A stretch of 64,000 bases of DNA, taken from the human T2T-CHM13v2.0 reference genome, Homo sapiens. Position 1 is the first letter of the stretch, and each line of letters begins with the position of its first letter. Shown piece by piece: positions 34,441 to 55,524 of the stretch. Below the pieces are notes generated by a model. The model did no database searches. It was not told the origin of the DNA and worked only from the letters and a program-made list of their open reading frames with translations. Both the position numbers and the translations under genes were made by a program. The stretch lies in the NCBI RefSeq assembly GCF_009914755.1, contig NC_060928.1; one strand, given 5' to 3'.

Positions 34441-35910
34441 ATATAGTCATTCTGTTGTCAGATTGTCTATTATTGTAGTTTTGATTAGTATTTCTCTGAT
34501 AATTAGTGATGCTGATAAATTTTTCATATGTTCATTGGCCACTTAATGTCTTCTCTGAGAAGTGGTTGTTCATGTCTTTGCCCACTTTGTAACGGGGTGA
34601 TTTGTTTTGTGCCTGTTGAATTGTTTCTTATAGATTCTAAATATTAGACCTTTGTCAGACGCCTAGTTTGTGAATATATTTTCTCATTCTGTAGTTTTTC
34701 TGTTTACTGTGCTTATAGTTTCTTTTGCTGTGCAGAAGCTATTTAGTTTAATTAGGTCCCACGTGTCAATTTTTGTTTTTGTTGCAATTACTTTTGAAGA
34801 TTTAGTCACAAATTCTTTCCCAAGGCCAATATCCAGAATGGTGTTTCCTAGGATTTCTTCTAGGATTCTTATAATTTTAAGTCTTAAATTTAAATCTTTA
34901 ATCTATCTTGAGTTAATTTTGTATACGGTGAAAGATAGGAGTCCAGTTTCAATTTTCTGCACATGGCTAGTCAGTTATCCCAGCATCATTTATTGAATTG
35001 GGAGTCCTTTCCCTATTGCTTATTTTTATTGACTTCATCAAAAATCAGATGCTATAGGTGTGTGACTATTTCTATGTTCTGTAATCTGTTCCATTGGTCT
35101 ATGTGTATGTTTTTGCACCAGTGCCATGCTGTTTTGGTTATTATGTCCTTATAGCATAGTTTGAAGTTGAGGAACAAGATGCCTCCAGCTTTGTTTTTTA
35201 TTCTTAGGATTGCTTTGGCTATCTGGAATATTTTTTGGCTCCATGTGAATTATAGAACTGTTTTTACTAATTCTTTGAAGAATGACATTGTTAGTTTGAT
35301 AGAAATAGCATTAAATCTGTAGACTGCTTTGGGCAGTATGGCCATTTTAATGATATTAATTATTTTAATCCATGAGCATAGAATGTCTTTCCATGTTTGT
35401 CCCATGTATTACTTCTTTCAACAGTCTTTTGTAGTTAACTTTGTAAAGATATTTCACCTCCTTTGTTACATGTATTCTTAGGTATTTTATTTTTTGTGTA
35501 GCTATTGTAAATTAGATTGCAATCTTGATTTGGCTGTCAGCTTGAATGTTTTTGGTGTATAGAAATGCTACTGATTATTATATATTGATTTTGTATCCTG
35601 AAACTTTATGGAAGTTGTTTATCAATTCCAGGAATCTTATGGCAGAGTCTTTTGGGTTTTCTGAGGTATCAGATCATACCATCAGTGAAGAGAGATAGTT
35701 TGGCTTCTTCTTTTTCCAGGGATGACTTTTCTTTCTTTCTTTTGCCTGACTGCTCTGGCTACGACTTCCAGTACTATGTTAAATAGGAGTGGTGAGAGTG
35801 GGCATCCTTATCTTCTTCTAGTTTTAAGGGGAATTGTTCCAGGTTTTGACCATTCAGTATGACGGTGGCTGTCGGTTTGTCACAGATGGCTTTTAGTATT
35901 TTGAGGTATA
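34441..35910 (-). mobile_element. L1PB-type ORF2 fragment
   Basis: [28 protein letters not shown] in ORF 35774..35986; colinear with 19590-21080 of the L1PA copy. Confidence 0.9.
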
Positions 35911-37049
35911 AAACAAAATTTATTTTGCCCAAATAATGCTTCGTTTGCTTAATAGATTTATTGTTAAAATAACTCTGCAAAGACATAAGAAATAACTGCT
36001 ATAAATTGGTTTAATTGTCATAAGTTTTGTACATGTATAAAATATTTAAAAAGTAAATTTAAAAAAAATACAAGGGGCAAAACAAATGTTAGTGTACCTT
36101 GAATAAAACCCCGAGTATCATTTTTCTTCTGAGTTATTAGATAACTCTTTTTGGCAAGCAATCACATAAATATTAAAATATTGCAAAAATATTCCAATCT
36201 ACAAAAATACAAAAAATTGATAAATATCATCATCCCTATCAAATAGTCTATATAATGTGCATTAGAAACAATTTTAAGATCACATATAACACATGTATTT
36301 GGTGTACTTACATTATTTGAAAATCTAATTACCATAGTGTGTATTTATGAAGATACCACTAATAATCATGAAATAATAAAAATAATTATATTCATCTGTG
36401 AAAAAATTAATATTAATCAAATTATTTTACCAATAATATTGAACAAATATCATATAACATGAAGATACTAAGAAAATTCAGGATATCTATTTACCAAGGG
36501 AAAAGATATATTCAATAATAGACTACTGCTCAAAATGTGAGTCAGCAAAATATTGCTTAATTATTTTCATGTTCTCTCAAGAGATTTCTGAAAGGTCTGT
36601 TCTCTGTCTTCTTCACCATTCTTTTTAGATATTTCTATGCAGTGTAATTTCAACACATCATCTCTCTGCTTCCGAAGGTTTAATATTTGCCAGTTGCATT
36701 AGGAAGTTCAAACCCTTTCACAGTTATTTCCCTGTCTACTTCTTGAGCTTCATTCTAACCCTTACGGAAGACTATTCTATTCACACAAGAGATTCACTGA
36801 ACAAACCATGACCTTTCACTCTTCCCTGGTATGATGCTTATTTTGTTTCCTCTGGGCTTTTCTGGTGTGTGTTTGTGTGAATAAGTCCCATAATCCTTGC
36901 CCCACCTCTGTCAAGTTCTTTAATAAACCTCTTCTGTTCCATCAAATTATAGGCCAAATATAAAGTATTTATTTATAAGACATATTATGTCTATGAGGCC
37001 ACTCATTATATATTTTAAACAATAACGTTTTAAAGTACAATTGCCAATA

Positions 37050-37255
37050 TACTTGGATTTGTAGCCTGGCTTTGTCACTTGCAAGCTATAACAATGTGTG
37101 AAAGTTACCTTGCTCAAGTTACTTAAGCTCTTTGAAATGCAGAATGTTGAGTGAATAGTACTAAACTTAAAGATTATTGGAAGAGATCATATGATGTATT
37201 TCAATTGCAGACTTCAGTTCCTTGAGCAGTATAAATATGTAAAAAATGCTAGATT
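37050..37255 (+). mobile_element. MIR relic
   Basis: ggatttgtagcctggctttgtcacttgc...caagttacttaagctct...aatagtactaaactta. Confidence 0.6.
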
Positions 37256-37324
37256 ACATAATAAAATGCACTATACTTCATTCCAACATAAAATAAATCC
37301 AATGTTTTTTCAGATTACACTCAC

Positions 37325-39472
37325 TTTTTAAATTGATGCATAATAATTGTACATATTTAAGAGGTACAATATGATGTTTTGATATCTGTCCACATTAGGT
37401 AATGATCAAATCATGGTAATCAGCACATCCATCACTTTAAACATTTATCATTTCTTCACAGTGAGAACATGTCACATCCTCTCAGCTGGCTATTTGAAAT
37501 ATAAAATGCATTATTGTTAGCAATAGTCATGCTATTGTGAAATAGAGTACCAAAACTTATTCTTCCTATGTAATATAACATCGTGCCTATTGACTAACAT
37601 CTCCCATGTTCCTCTCCCCACTATTCTTCTCTGGTAATCACTTCAGTATTTTATTCTCCACTTGTATGAGATCTCAGATTCCACATATAAGTGAGATTAT
37701 GCAGTATTTGTCTTTATGTGTCTGGCTTATTTCACTTAACATAATATCCTCCAGACTTACCCATTTTGTCACAAGTGATAAGATTTCATCCTTTGTATGG
37801 TTGAACAGTATTCCATTGTATTCCCCACATATATAGCATTTTCTTTATCCATTCATCCCTTGATGGGCACTTAGGTTGATTCCATATCTTGGCTATTGCA
37901 GATGTCTTTTTAACATAGTCATTTCCTTTGGCTATATATCCAGTGGTGAGAAATTGCCGGATCATGTAGTCTTTTTTTTTTTATCATGATTTGATTATTT
38001 CATAATGTGTACAGGCATTTATTTTTACTTTTTCTGGGAACCTCCATTCTGTGTTCATAATGGATATACTAATTTACATTCCCACCAACAGTATATAAGA
38101 GTTCAACCTTCTCCACATCCTCAGGAGCATGTGTTATGTTGTGTCTTTTTGATAAAAGCCATCCTAACAAGTGTGAGGTGATAACTCATTATGGTTTCAA
38201 TTTGCATTTCCCTGATGATCAGTGATGTTGAGCATTTTTTTCCTGTATCTACTGGATATTTGTAGGTCTTCTTAGAAGAAATGTCTATTTAGGTTACTTG
38301 CCCATTTTTAAATTAGGTTATTTATATTTTTGCTATTGAGTTGTTTATTTTAAATTCTGGATATTAACCCCTTGTCAGATGTATAGCTTGCAAATACTTC
38401 TTCCCATTCTGTCTTTTCACTTCATTGACTGTTTCTTTTGCTATACAGAAGCTTTTTGGTTTACTGTATTCCCATTTGTTTATTTTTGCTTCTGTTGCTC
38501 ATGCTTTTGAAGTCTTGTCTAAAAAATCCTTGCTCCAATTTATATCATTTAGCATGTCCCCTGTGTTTCCTTCTAATAGTTTCACAATTTCAGATCTTAC
38601 ATTTAAGCCTATAATACATTTTGAGTTGACTTTTTATGTGGAGGGTGATAAGGGTCCAGTTTTGTTTTGTTTTTTTGCATGTAGATATCAAGTTTTTCCA
38701 TAACTCTTTACTCAAGAGACAGTTCTTTATTCATTTTGTATTCTAGGCATCTTTGTCAAATAGAGTTGGCTGTTAGCTTAAAAAATATTGCCTTTATATA
38801 TGCAAATTCATTTCTGGGCTCTCTGTTTTTTTCCATTGGTCTACTTGTCTGTTCGTATGTCAATACTATATTGTTTTGGTTACTACAGACTTATAGTTTA
38901 GATTAAAATTAGATAGTGTAATGACTTCAACTTTGTTCTTTTTGTTTAAGATTGCTTTGGCTATTCAGTCTTTTGTGGTTCCATACAAATTATAAAATTG
39001 CTTTTTTCTATTTCTGTGAAGAACAACATTGGAAAGTTGATAGAGATTGCATTGAATCTGTAGGTTGTTTTGGGTATTATTGATGCATTGCATCTATGTT
39101 CATTGGGAATATTGGCCTATAATTTTCTTTTTTGGCCTATAATTTTCTTTTTTTTTTTTTGACCTACAATTTTCTTTTGTTGTTGTTGTGCCCTTGTCTG
39201 GCTTTGGCATGAGGGTAATACTGGCCTTACACAATGAATTTTGAAGGATTCTCCTATTTTCAATTTATCGGAATATTTTTTGAAGAATTGATATTCATTT
39301 TTTCTTAAATGTTCTGTAGAATTCAGCAGTTAAACTAACAGTCCTTCACTTTTTTTATGGGAGACTTTCTATTATTTCTTCAATTTGGTAACTCATTATT
39401 GGTCAGTCCAGATTTTCTTTCTTTTTTTTTCTTGATTCAATTCTGGTAGATTGTATGTGTCTAGGAATTTGT
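37325..39472 (-). mobile_element. L1MA-type 3' UTR plus ORF2 fragment with internal deletion
   Basis: tttttaaattgatgcataataattgtacatatt 3' end, then antisense ORF2; jumps ~0.8 kb at ~39085 relative to the L1PA copy. Confidence 0.88.
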
Positions 39473-39718
39473 AACTGATTTTGATTAGTCTTTCACTAGT
39501 GGCTCTTTGACTCATACTTCATAGAACTGTGCTACTCTGTATACATGAGTAATGTTTCAAACTGGAATTTTATTTTTAACGTAAAGATGACTAATATAAG
39601 AATAAATTTTTCAGAAGAAAGAGCTATGAAAAAGTGTTTAGACACTTGGAATTTGTATCTTTTGAAAAATATAAATGTGTTAACTATTATACTAACAAAC
39701 ATGCTATAAAACATGTTT

Positions 39719-39997
39719 AGCCCAGGCATTGTGGCTCATGCCTGCAATCCTAGCTCTTTGGGAGACTGAGGTGGATCACTGGAGCCCAGGAGTTTGAGAC
39801 CAACCTGGGCAACATGACAAAACCCCATCTCTACAAAAATACAAAAAAAAATTAGCCAGGTGTGATAGTGTGCACCTGTAGTTTAAACTCCTTGGGAGAC
39901 TGAGGTCCAAGCTACTGGGAGGTCAAGCTTGCAGTGAGCTGAGATTGCACAACTGAACTCCAGCCTGGGTGACAGAGGAAGACCCTGTCTCATAAAA
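39719..39997 (+). mobile_element. AluJ
   Basis: J-type gcccaggagtttgagaccaacctgggcaacat and agaccctgtctc; degenerate TSD aaaacatgttta/aaaatagttta. Confidence 0.9.
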
Positions 39998-40495
39998 TAG
40001 TTTAATATTCCTTTTAATAACTCATTTAATCGTTTTATTTGCTATTTTATAGCATTTTGTAGCTAGGTTTGGGAGGTAAGGTCTTAGGAATGCAATCAAG
40101 AGATTTGTATGTAGAGTTAACTCTAGTTAAACATTATGTATGTCACTACCTGAAAACTTTAATAGCAACTAAATTTGTGGCCTCCGGCTATATTTATTGC
40201 TATTAATATTTTGTTTAGTGTGTGCAGTTTAAAACTATATGTTTTATTATAGCAAGGGTAATATGCCAACTAGTCCCATTGTTTGAAATTGAGAATAACA
40301 TTGTTTTATTGATATGAATTATTCTTTTCAGTTTTTTAAATGTATAAAAGTTGGATATTTAAAGTATTATAGAAAGATTACCTCTAAGAAACAAAAAATG
40401 TTAAACAGAAGCAGCAGTTGTGTACATGACTGTGTATAATGCATATTAATGGGACCTTCTAAGCAAGAGCCCTGAGTAACTTCACTAGTCTAGCA

Positions 40496-40496
<1 letters not shown>

Positions 40497-40529
<33 letters not shown>
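40497..40529 (+). repeat. Pure poly-A run (A33)
   Basis: 33 uninterrupted A between tagcac and gccc. Confidence 0.95.
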
Positions 40530-40530
<1 letters not shown>

Positions 40531-41199
40531 CCCTATTCTCAGGTAATACTTTTTTAAAGTGTTTTATAGACTTCAATAAAATTGGTTCTTATTATATGTA
40601 ATTTAAGTATAAATTTTCATATCTCTCCTTTTACATTGTGAAAAATTGAAAAATGTATACGAGTAGAGTATATAAATTTTTGCTTTAACTCTCACTTGCA
40701 ATTTTATGTCTTACAGTTTTATAGAAAATTGTATATCGCATCATGATATTCAAGAATCAAATATTTGGTATCATACCTCACCCCAGTCTGCTCATATTCA
40801 TTTATAACTTACTTTCAAAATAGCAGACTGTGAAAAATCCACTGGTTTGCAACCCTCCATATTATCCATGCATCATTTATGTAAAAGCTTTACTAATTCT
40901 AGTTTTTAGTCCTAGTTATTGTATTTGCAGACTGTTAAAATAGCACTGAGATTTTAGGAGTAATACAATTGGATCCAGAGACAAACATAACAAAAAATTT
41001 ATTATTTGTTACTTTAAACTTTTTCAGTTTTCTGAAGTTATTCATTCTTAAGTAACTGACTTAAAAGTACTTTGTATTAGTCTTAAATTTTACATTTGAA
41101 ATGACAGTCTTGAAAATATAAATAAATGCCAACTTTTATGACTAAATATTTTATTTTCTATACATCTTTCTAATGGCAAAACTAAATTTAAAAAACAAA

Positions 41200-47750
<6,551 letters not shown>

Positions 47751-48210
47751 AATGAAACAAAGGGCTTGGTGCTTACTCAAAATTTCTGCTATGAATACTG
47801 TAACTGTGAAATAGCTTATTATATTAACTGCCTTTAATGTCCATAAAATGATAACTTATGAAAGATAAGTCTTAGTCTCTTTGTAATAATTTTTAGTGTG
47901 GGAATGTAGTAAAGTAGGAGAATTTTGCTCATATTGATATTTATCCTATGTGACGATGAAGCTACATTTTTTGAAGATTCATTTAAGCAAAAATGTAATT
48001 GCAGTAGGATGTTTAGCTCCTTTTAGTGTTCCTTTTTACGCTGGGGTCAGAAAACAAAACAAAAAAAATGGAGTTTCCGATATTTAATCCTTTATTACAC
48101 CATATGTGGTACTGGGAAATAGTATACTTGGCATCACTCACTGAAGTTTGTTATAGAAGATTACTAAAATAGACAGTACATCTATTATTTTCTGAAGTAA
48201 TGAACTACAT

Positions 48211-48508
48211 TTATTTTATTTTATTTCTGAGACGGAGTCTTGTTCTGTTGCCCAGGCTGGAGTGCAGTGGCGTGATCTCAGCTCACTGCAAGCTCCACCT
48301 CGTAGGTTCACATCATTCCTGTCTCAGCCTCCCGAGTTGCTGGGACTACAGGCTCCTGCCACCACGCCCGGCTAATTTTTTTGTATTGTTAGTAGAGACG
48401 GGGTTTCACCGTGTTAGCCAGGATGGTCTTGATCCCCTGACCTTGTGATCCGCCCGCCTCGGCCTCCCAAAATCCTGGGATTACAAGCGTGAGCCACTGT
48501 GCCCGGCC
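48211..48508 (-). mobile_element. AluY
   Basis: Y-type gcaagctcc and ttagccaggatggtcttgatc; exact 10-bp TSD tgaactacat (48201-48210, 48509-48518). Confidence 0.95.
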
Positions 48509-49279
48509 TGAACTACATATTTATAAGAACTGCAGTAATGATGCTGTCTTTATTGAAATTGGTTGATTCTCTATTTCAACAGTTATTTTTTTCAGCAAAG
48601 GGATGAATGTCCAGTCATTTTCTGAAAGGTGAGAAATTTGAGAAGCAACTAACAAAATATAATGTGTGGATAGATATAGATGAAATAGGAAACTTTTGAC
48701 ATGGCACAAAGCATAATTTCATTTTTCTGCATGTATGTATTACTCTTGAACATTTAGAAAATTAGGCTTAGGAATTCAAATTACTTAAAACAACTCATCA
48801 GCTTCTCATACAGTTGCAAAATTATTTTACTTTTGAATTTTTTAAAATAATGAAATGGAGCTTTTGTGGAAATTCAAGAAAGTTCAGAATACCAGAAGCC
48901 CAATATATGTGTATTATCATATATGTATGTTCTTCATCTGCTTCTGTATGTGATCTAGGAGAAACCAAACATATTGCTTTTTTATGACTTTAGCAATGTT
49001 CACAACATAATTAATTCTACTTATCATAGTAAAAGGATGGACACAAGCATATATAAATGTGTATTTCAATTAAAGTGTATTCTCTGCCATGTGGCTTCAG
49101 GAGGGTATATAATGAACAAAATGGGAATAGGAGAAATAAAACATAACTTTTAACTATATGAGTTCTAAGTGTATTTAGGGATTGTGTGGTTAGCTTTGGG
49201 TCCTGTTTCTTCTTCAAGTATCAGCAAAGTAGATCATAATCAAAATAAAGCACTAATTCAGTTCTGGATAAAGATGTTC

Positions 49280-49848
49280 ACACATATATCCAGAATGCCT
49301 GCAGATCAAGAATCCAGGCATAGCTACTGAGTCTTCTGTTACAGATCTCACAAAGCTACAGTTAAGGTGTCAGCCATACTGCCTCCTCTTCCAAAGGATT
49401 ACCTATGGAATTACCTGCTTCCAAGCTCATTCAGGTTGTGGATCTAATTCATTTCCTGTGGTTGTAAGAACAAGGTCCCCAGTTATTTGCTGACTGTAAG
49501 CTGGAAGCTGCCTTCAACTCCTAGAGGCAACTGGCCTCCAGATCCTTCTGTGAAATTCTTCAATGTGGTTCCTTAATGCATTGAACCTGCAAGAAAACTC
49601 TAGCTCTAATCTGCTGGAATCTTTTTTAACTTAGCACACTACAGGCATAACATCTCATTACCTTTGCTATATAGCATGATATAATAAAAACTCATCAGGA
49701 CAGTATCATTTTATCACCTTTTCCATATTCTACTGGTGAGAGCAAACCACAGATCCTGTCCAGACATAAGGAGACAGTAATACTCAGCAGTGTGAACATC
49801 AGGAGGCCAGAAATTATTGAGGGGTAACCTTAGTGTCTGTCTGCCACA
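49280..49848 (-). mobile_element. MLT1 MaLR LTR
   Basis: aaggtgtcagcca...ctgcttccaagctcattcaggttgt...tgtctgccaca terminus. Confidence 0.75.
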
Positions 49849-49949
49849 CACTCCATAGACAAACTGCTAGAAAGTAAAGATAAGGAGAAAATCTTTGCAA
49901 AACTTTGCAAGCTGATCGATTGTTGAAGATGTTGAAGATGGCCATTATT

Positions 49950-50290
49950 GAAAATTAAATTATAAAAATTACAATTAAGCAATTTACATTAAAATAAAAT
50001 TAATAAATACTTTAAAAGAATCACCTTACAATTACTCTACTATACTGTACTATTTTCTATGTTCTTGAGGATATTTACATTTTTTTTTTTTGTGGAACTA
50101 CTCTATAATGGTGTGCTACTTCACCTTTCCTCCTAATTCTGCATTCAATGACTTTATGTTATTATACTGAAATCAACCATAGTAAAAATGTTTACACTCC
50201 AGAAATGAGCAAATGTTACAACTGAGAATCAGAGCTATTTTTGTTGTTGTTGTTGAAAAACAATTGGTATGCATTTACCAGCATAACCCT
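49950..50290. mobile_element. hAT-Tip100 (Arthur1-like) DNA transposon relic
   Basis: Ends catttaccagcataaccct, resembling the catttaccagcacaccactg terminus; internal aatgtttacactccagaaatgagcaaatg. Confidence 0.5.
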
Positions 50291-50380
50291 AATTACAGGT
50301 AGAGTAAATTTAAGAGTTGTGAGATTATGCTTACATAGCATCTTTGCATTTTAAAATTAAATTTATAAACACACACATAA

Positions 50381-50704
<324 letters not shown>

Positions 50705-52059
50705 AAAGTTGTTCTTTCAGAAGAGAAGATTTTCCCACACTTTCTTTTCAGCCAAACTTACTGTCTAATCAGATTGTTGCCTCATGTCTCCTAGATCTTC
50801 TTATCTTTTCTTCTCGCAATGTTGTGAAGTCACAGGAAAAGTACGTTAATGAATGCCTATTGCATTCATTAAAATATGTTCACTTTTTTGAGTTGTGGCA
50901 ACAAATATATTTGAGATCTCTCAGAAAATGCAAAAACAGAATTACAAATATGTCTCCTTTTAGATACATACTCATCTTTATGTAAAAAATAAGTAAAGCA
51001 AATCACTTGAATTTAAAAGTATTTCATTTATTTGGATCTCAGGTGAAATACATTGGTCTTTATTAACGGTAAGAGGGATTGACAACCTGGTTAACTGAGG
51101 TCTGGTCAGCTTACCAATGAGTTTTGAATCATAGGTATCATTTAATATTTAGTGTGATTTTATTCTGTACTGTGTCAATAGCAGCACATCGTGGTTATGT
51201 CTTTTATATTAAATATAGATATAGTCTCTTCTTGTCATCTGTAAATCTTCCTAACATTATCAAAAGTATGTTTCTCAGAGCTATAATTTTAGGAACAATT
51301 TATTGATAATCAAGAAACATTAAAAACAAATATATGTAGGGTATGGAGATTCAAATTATACTTATTTTTGTTAGTCACTACAAAAAGAATGGGATTTAAG
51401 ATAAACATATTGCTTGATTTATTAGTGTTATGCTTTTTTATTTGAAGCCAAATGTTTGTGTTCCACAATATTAACAAAAATATCTCTGTGTAGCTTCTTA
51501 TTTTTAAAAACCCTCTGTAGTATTTCAGAATTAAAAGCTAAAATGCATTTCTGGAAAGGGAATTAGGAATGTCTTGTTTTAGCCAATTTATTTGGTTCTA
51601 TCCAATGAAAAGTTGGCATATAATACGTTATAAAATGTATAAAACTTCTAGGCTCTTAATCATTCATTCTATCTCGTAAATCCCATTTGCCAGCTTGGTT
51701 TCAGTACTCTGAGTTACTTTGGAAGCCACATACTGAAGAGGTCAAATCTTCCATCACCCTCAGTTGCTGAATGGCTTTACAAAACAACATACCTCTGTGG
51801 TGCTGGTTCGATTTATTTGAAAAATAAATGTTTACTATGTTAAGTGTAGCTGCAAAAAAAGATTATAGAGTAAATTTCACAGAGGACTTCTTTGTTTTAT
51901 TTGGAAATTTTCATCCTGAAGAATGAAGTCCCTTTCTCATCAAGAACGGCCACCTTAAAATCAATTTCCCACAGAACCAGTAGTTTATCTTTATCTCAAA
52001 GGTAAGGTATACTCAATCTCGGCTCATATTTAATGTCTTAAATTCAGAATACATTGTAA

Positions 52060-52450
52060 TTCCATGAGAAGAGGGCATAGAACCTCTTCATTGGGAATTC
52101 TCCCAGACCATGCCTCATGTGTCTCTTCATTTCATATGTCTCCTAATTTGTATTCTTTATAATAAAACTGTAATCATAAGTATAGCAGATTCCTGATTTG
52201 TGTGTCTTTCTAGAAACTATCAAGCTTCAGGGGGTCATGAGAACTCCTTGGATGCGTGACCAGTTGATTAGAAGTTCAGGTGGCCTGGGGACCCCAAATT
52301 TGTGGCTGTCATCTGAAGTGTGGCTTTAACTTATGGATTTGTTAAATCCATCTAAAACTTGTGGATTTTAACTTATGGCAGTCTTTAACTTATGGATTTG
52401 CAACTAACTCCAGGTGGCTGGTGTAAGAATTATTTTCAGTATTGCAGCTA
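52060..52450 (+). mobile_element. MER21-like LTR fragment
   Basis: tttataataaaactgtaatcataagtatagc...ttctagaaactatcaa...gtggcctggggacccc...actaactccagg. Confidence 0.65.
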
Positions 52451-54399
52451 TATGAGGAAGCCTAAGCCTAGAATATTGAAATGTAAAAATAAAAATTGGA
52501 AATATAAAATAAGTTCTATGTAGATAAATTTTCAGGAAAAAATGAATTTCTTACAAAATAACAAGAAGGCAAAAAAAAAGATTCATTTTAAGATTCATTT
52601 GGGAAATCTTGTGTTAAAAAAAATGAAAACATTTTTCCTTCTTTCTCAATATCCTGAGATTTTTTTTTTGAAGAATTTAGGTGCATCAAGTCTTCATACC
52701 ATTATGAAAAAAAAAAATGTGAGCCATCTGAAGCTTCAGTTAACAGGTTAACTCGGGTAGGAAATGCCAGACAGTTTTTCTCCCTTTTCAAATCAGTTTG
52801 ATCCTTTCTCAAACTGAGAACTTAACTTATTTGTTAAAAATTTCAGACTGTTTCCATATTGCCTCAAGGACCAAAGGCAAAGGAGCATTCGGTGAAGACT
52901 AAAATTTACCTAGGCCATACCCCTGTTCTCTTCTCAGGGATTGAGTATAGATTCCCAGTTACTCCCTAATAAAATTTTACGTGTTCATTGTTATCCTTTT
53001 TGTTTTATATAATTCAGGAAATGATGCTTTTGCTATTTTAAAATAGAATGACTCAGGGATGTTTTACTAATTATTTCCTTGTGTAATATATATTAGTTCA
53101 CGAAATATCTCATTTTAATCTTTTTCTATAATTGCAAGTATTTTAAAGAAAGCAATCATTGCATATTTAATAGAACACAATGCAAAAAAAGGATAAAAGT
53201 TGACCAAGTGAAGAAAGAATGAGACAGTTATATATTTACAAATTTATCATTATTCCAAAGAGCATGGTATACATGTTAAATGTCAAACAAAAAATGTTTA
53301 AAACACAGGCTACAAGCATTTTTCATTCTTGCCCTTTTATCTTTTACCACCTCAAAATTTATGACAGAATAAAATAAACATTAAGCTCCCTTATATATTT
53401 TTTCCAAATGATTCTTTTTTCTTTCTTTTTTTTTGCTTGTCCAGCATTAAAGAATGTTTGTATAATCCAATGTAAAGGAAATCAATACTTCCAGATTGCT
53501 CTTTAAGTAGAATAAGTTTTACAAACTAATCAAGGGAGTAAATCATCAAAGAATAAATATTAAATAACTGTTCATCAAACTACAAATTTAAAGTTCAAAG
53601 TATTAGCCTTACAATTTCCAAATCAACATATTGATTCCTTAAATGCAATATCTAGCTCGCTTTAAGGGTACTACAAGTAAAGTACTGAAAAAGTCTTACA
53701 ATATCAACATCCATTTTTTATTGGCTAGTTATCGCTATTTAATTCTGTAACCAAATTAGCATGTTTGAGACAATATATTAAATTCAAAAATTTAAAACTC
53801 TTTTGTAACATATGAATTGTTTTCATTGCCTAGGGGAATAAGTTCTTGTGTTTTTTTTGTAATCACAATTATTAATATAGTATATTTCTAATATCCCAAT
53901 GAAGATTTAAAATATTATATGTACTAGATTGATTCTATTTCAATTTATTCTATTCAATTTTAATCCACTCATTATTCCATGAAAAATATTTGATGGCTCA
54001 CATGATCTGTTTTTATAACACACTAATAATTCACCACCCTCAGTATGAAAAACATCATCTAAACAACACAGTTTATGATCACTATTGGCTGTGTTGCTCT
54101 CTATTGGCAAGATAATTTTCTTTATGTATACTATGTAGATTCAGAACCTGCCTCCCAAAAATGGTTTTCTCTACTCCTCTCTGGCTCTGATAGTAAGAAG
54201 GATAATTGTTCACCATGTGATTAAAGAGCTTCTTTTGCTAAAGCTATTTTTCTTTTCCAATGAGGCTACTTAACACTTGTACTTGACTCTCATTTTGCTT
54301 TGCAAAAAATACCACAATGTTTTAAATCTCCTCTGTTATTCTATCACTAGACCACAAAATAAGGCAGAAACACATTTTAGACACTTCAATCTTGACAGC

Positions 54400-55150
54400 A
54401 TTCTGACACTCCTATAAAGTTTATAGGTGGTGCTTTCCCTATCCTAGGTTAAACTTGGATTAGATAGCCCAGGAGAATGAGGGAGGAACTCTGAAACTAA
54501 CTTTATCATAGCAGTCTGTGTTTGGGGGAATAATTTCTCCTAGATGAGTGTCCAAACTGTGAACTCTTTATTCATATAAATCTGGGATGTAGGAAAAAAT
54601 TTTTAAAAATATACTGGTGATGTTATTGTAAGATACAATTTCAAGTATATTGAACATTTACTTATTTCGGTGGATCCTGAGTATGTGAACTGACTTAATT
54701 CTGAAAACTGTGTAAGAAACCATGACTTCAATATCTAATTCCAGGTCAGACTTCTGTTAACATGACTGAAATAGTTATAGTCATACCAATTAGTAGAATA
54801 CCACATTAGTATCCATTTATTTTGGTCCAGGAATGCTGTGCACATTTGAGCAAAATTAAAGATTCCTTCTGATGTAAATTCTTGTTATTAACTGGCTTTA
54901 CCTCTTTTTGGATCCACTACTTCGGCACTGTAATACAAATATGCAGTCTCTGGTGCCCCAGATGATCTCTTTCTACTAAAAACCTAGAAGCAAATTTTAA
55001 TAACACCATCTCCCAACAGGATCACAACCCACTGAAAATAATCAATACAGTGATATACACGGAAACTAGTGTCCCCCTTGGTTAAATGTTTCTCAAGATG
55101 ATTATCTCTGGGCTCTCTCCTCAAATATAGTTTGGGCAAGAGTGGATATA
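54400..55150 (-). mobile_element. Very old ERVL-like internal relic
   Basis: Reverse complement cattcctggaccaaaataaatggatac loosely parallels ERVL gag sequence elsewhere in the window; highly degenerate. Confidence 0.35.
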
Positions 55151-55224
55151 TCCAAAATCTCTTGCTGCTTTCTCTAATAATTTTTCTCTAATTTGTCACC
55201 TTAATCTTCTTTTTTTTTGACTAA

Positions 55225-55489
55225 TATAAATGATTTAAAAGTATAAAAAGACAAGTCACAGGCTAGTATAAATGGCCAGCAAATCACATATTTGAAAAAT
55301 AATTTGAGTTCAGGATATACAAATAAATCTGAAAGGTCAATAAGAAATCAAAGAAACTAAAAAACAAATGGACAAATGTCTAAATAGACATTTTTCCAAA
55401 TAATATACACATACAGAAAATAGGCACATAAACAGATACCTAATATAATTAGTTATTAAGGAAACCCAAATTAAACCCACAATATAATT

Positions 55490-55524
<35 letters not shown>

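Noticed and set aside
52321-52400. Repeated tttaacttatgg units
   Set aside because: A short local slippage duplication within the MER21-like LTR.
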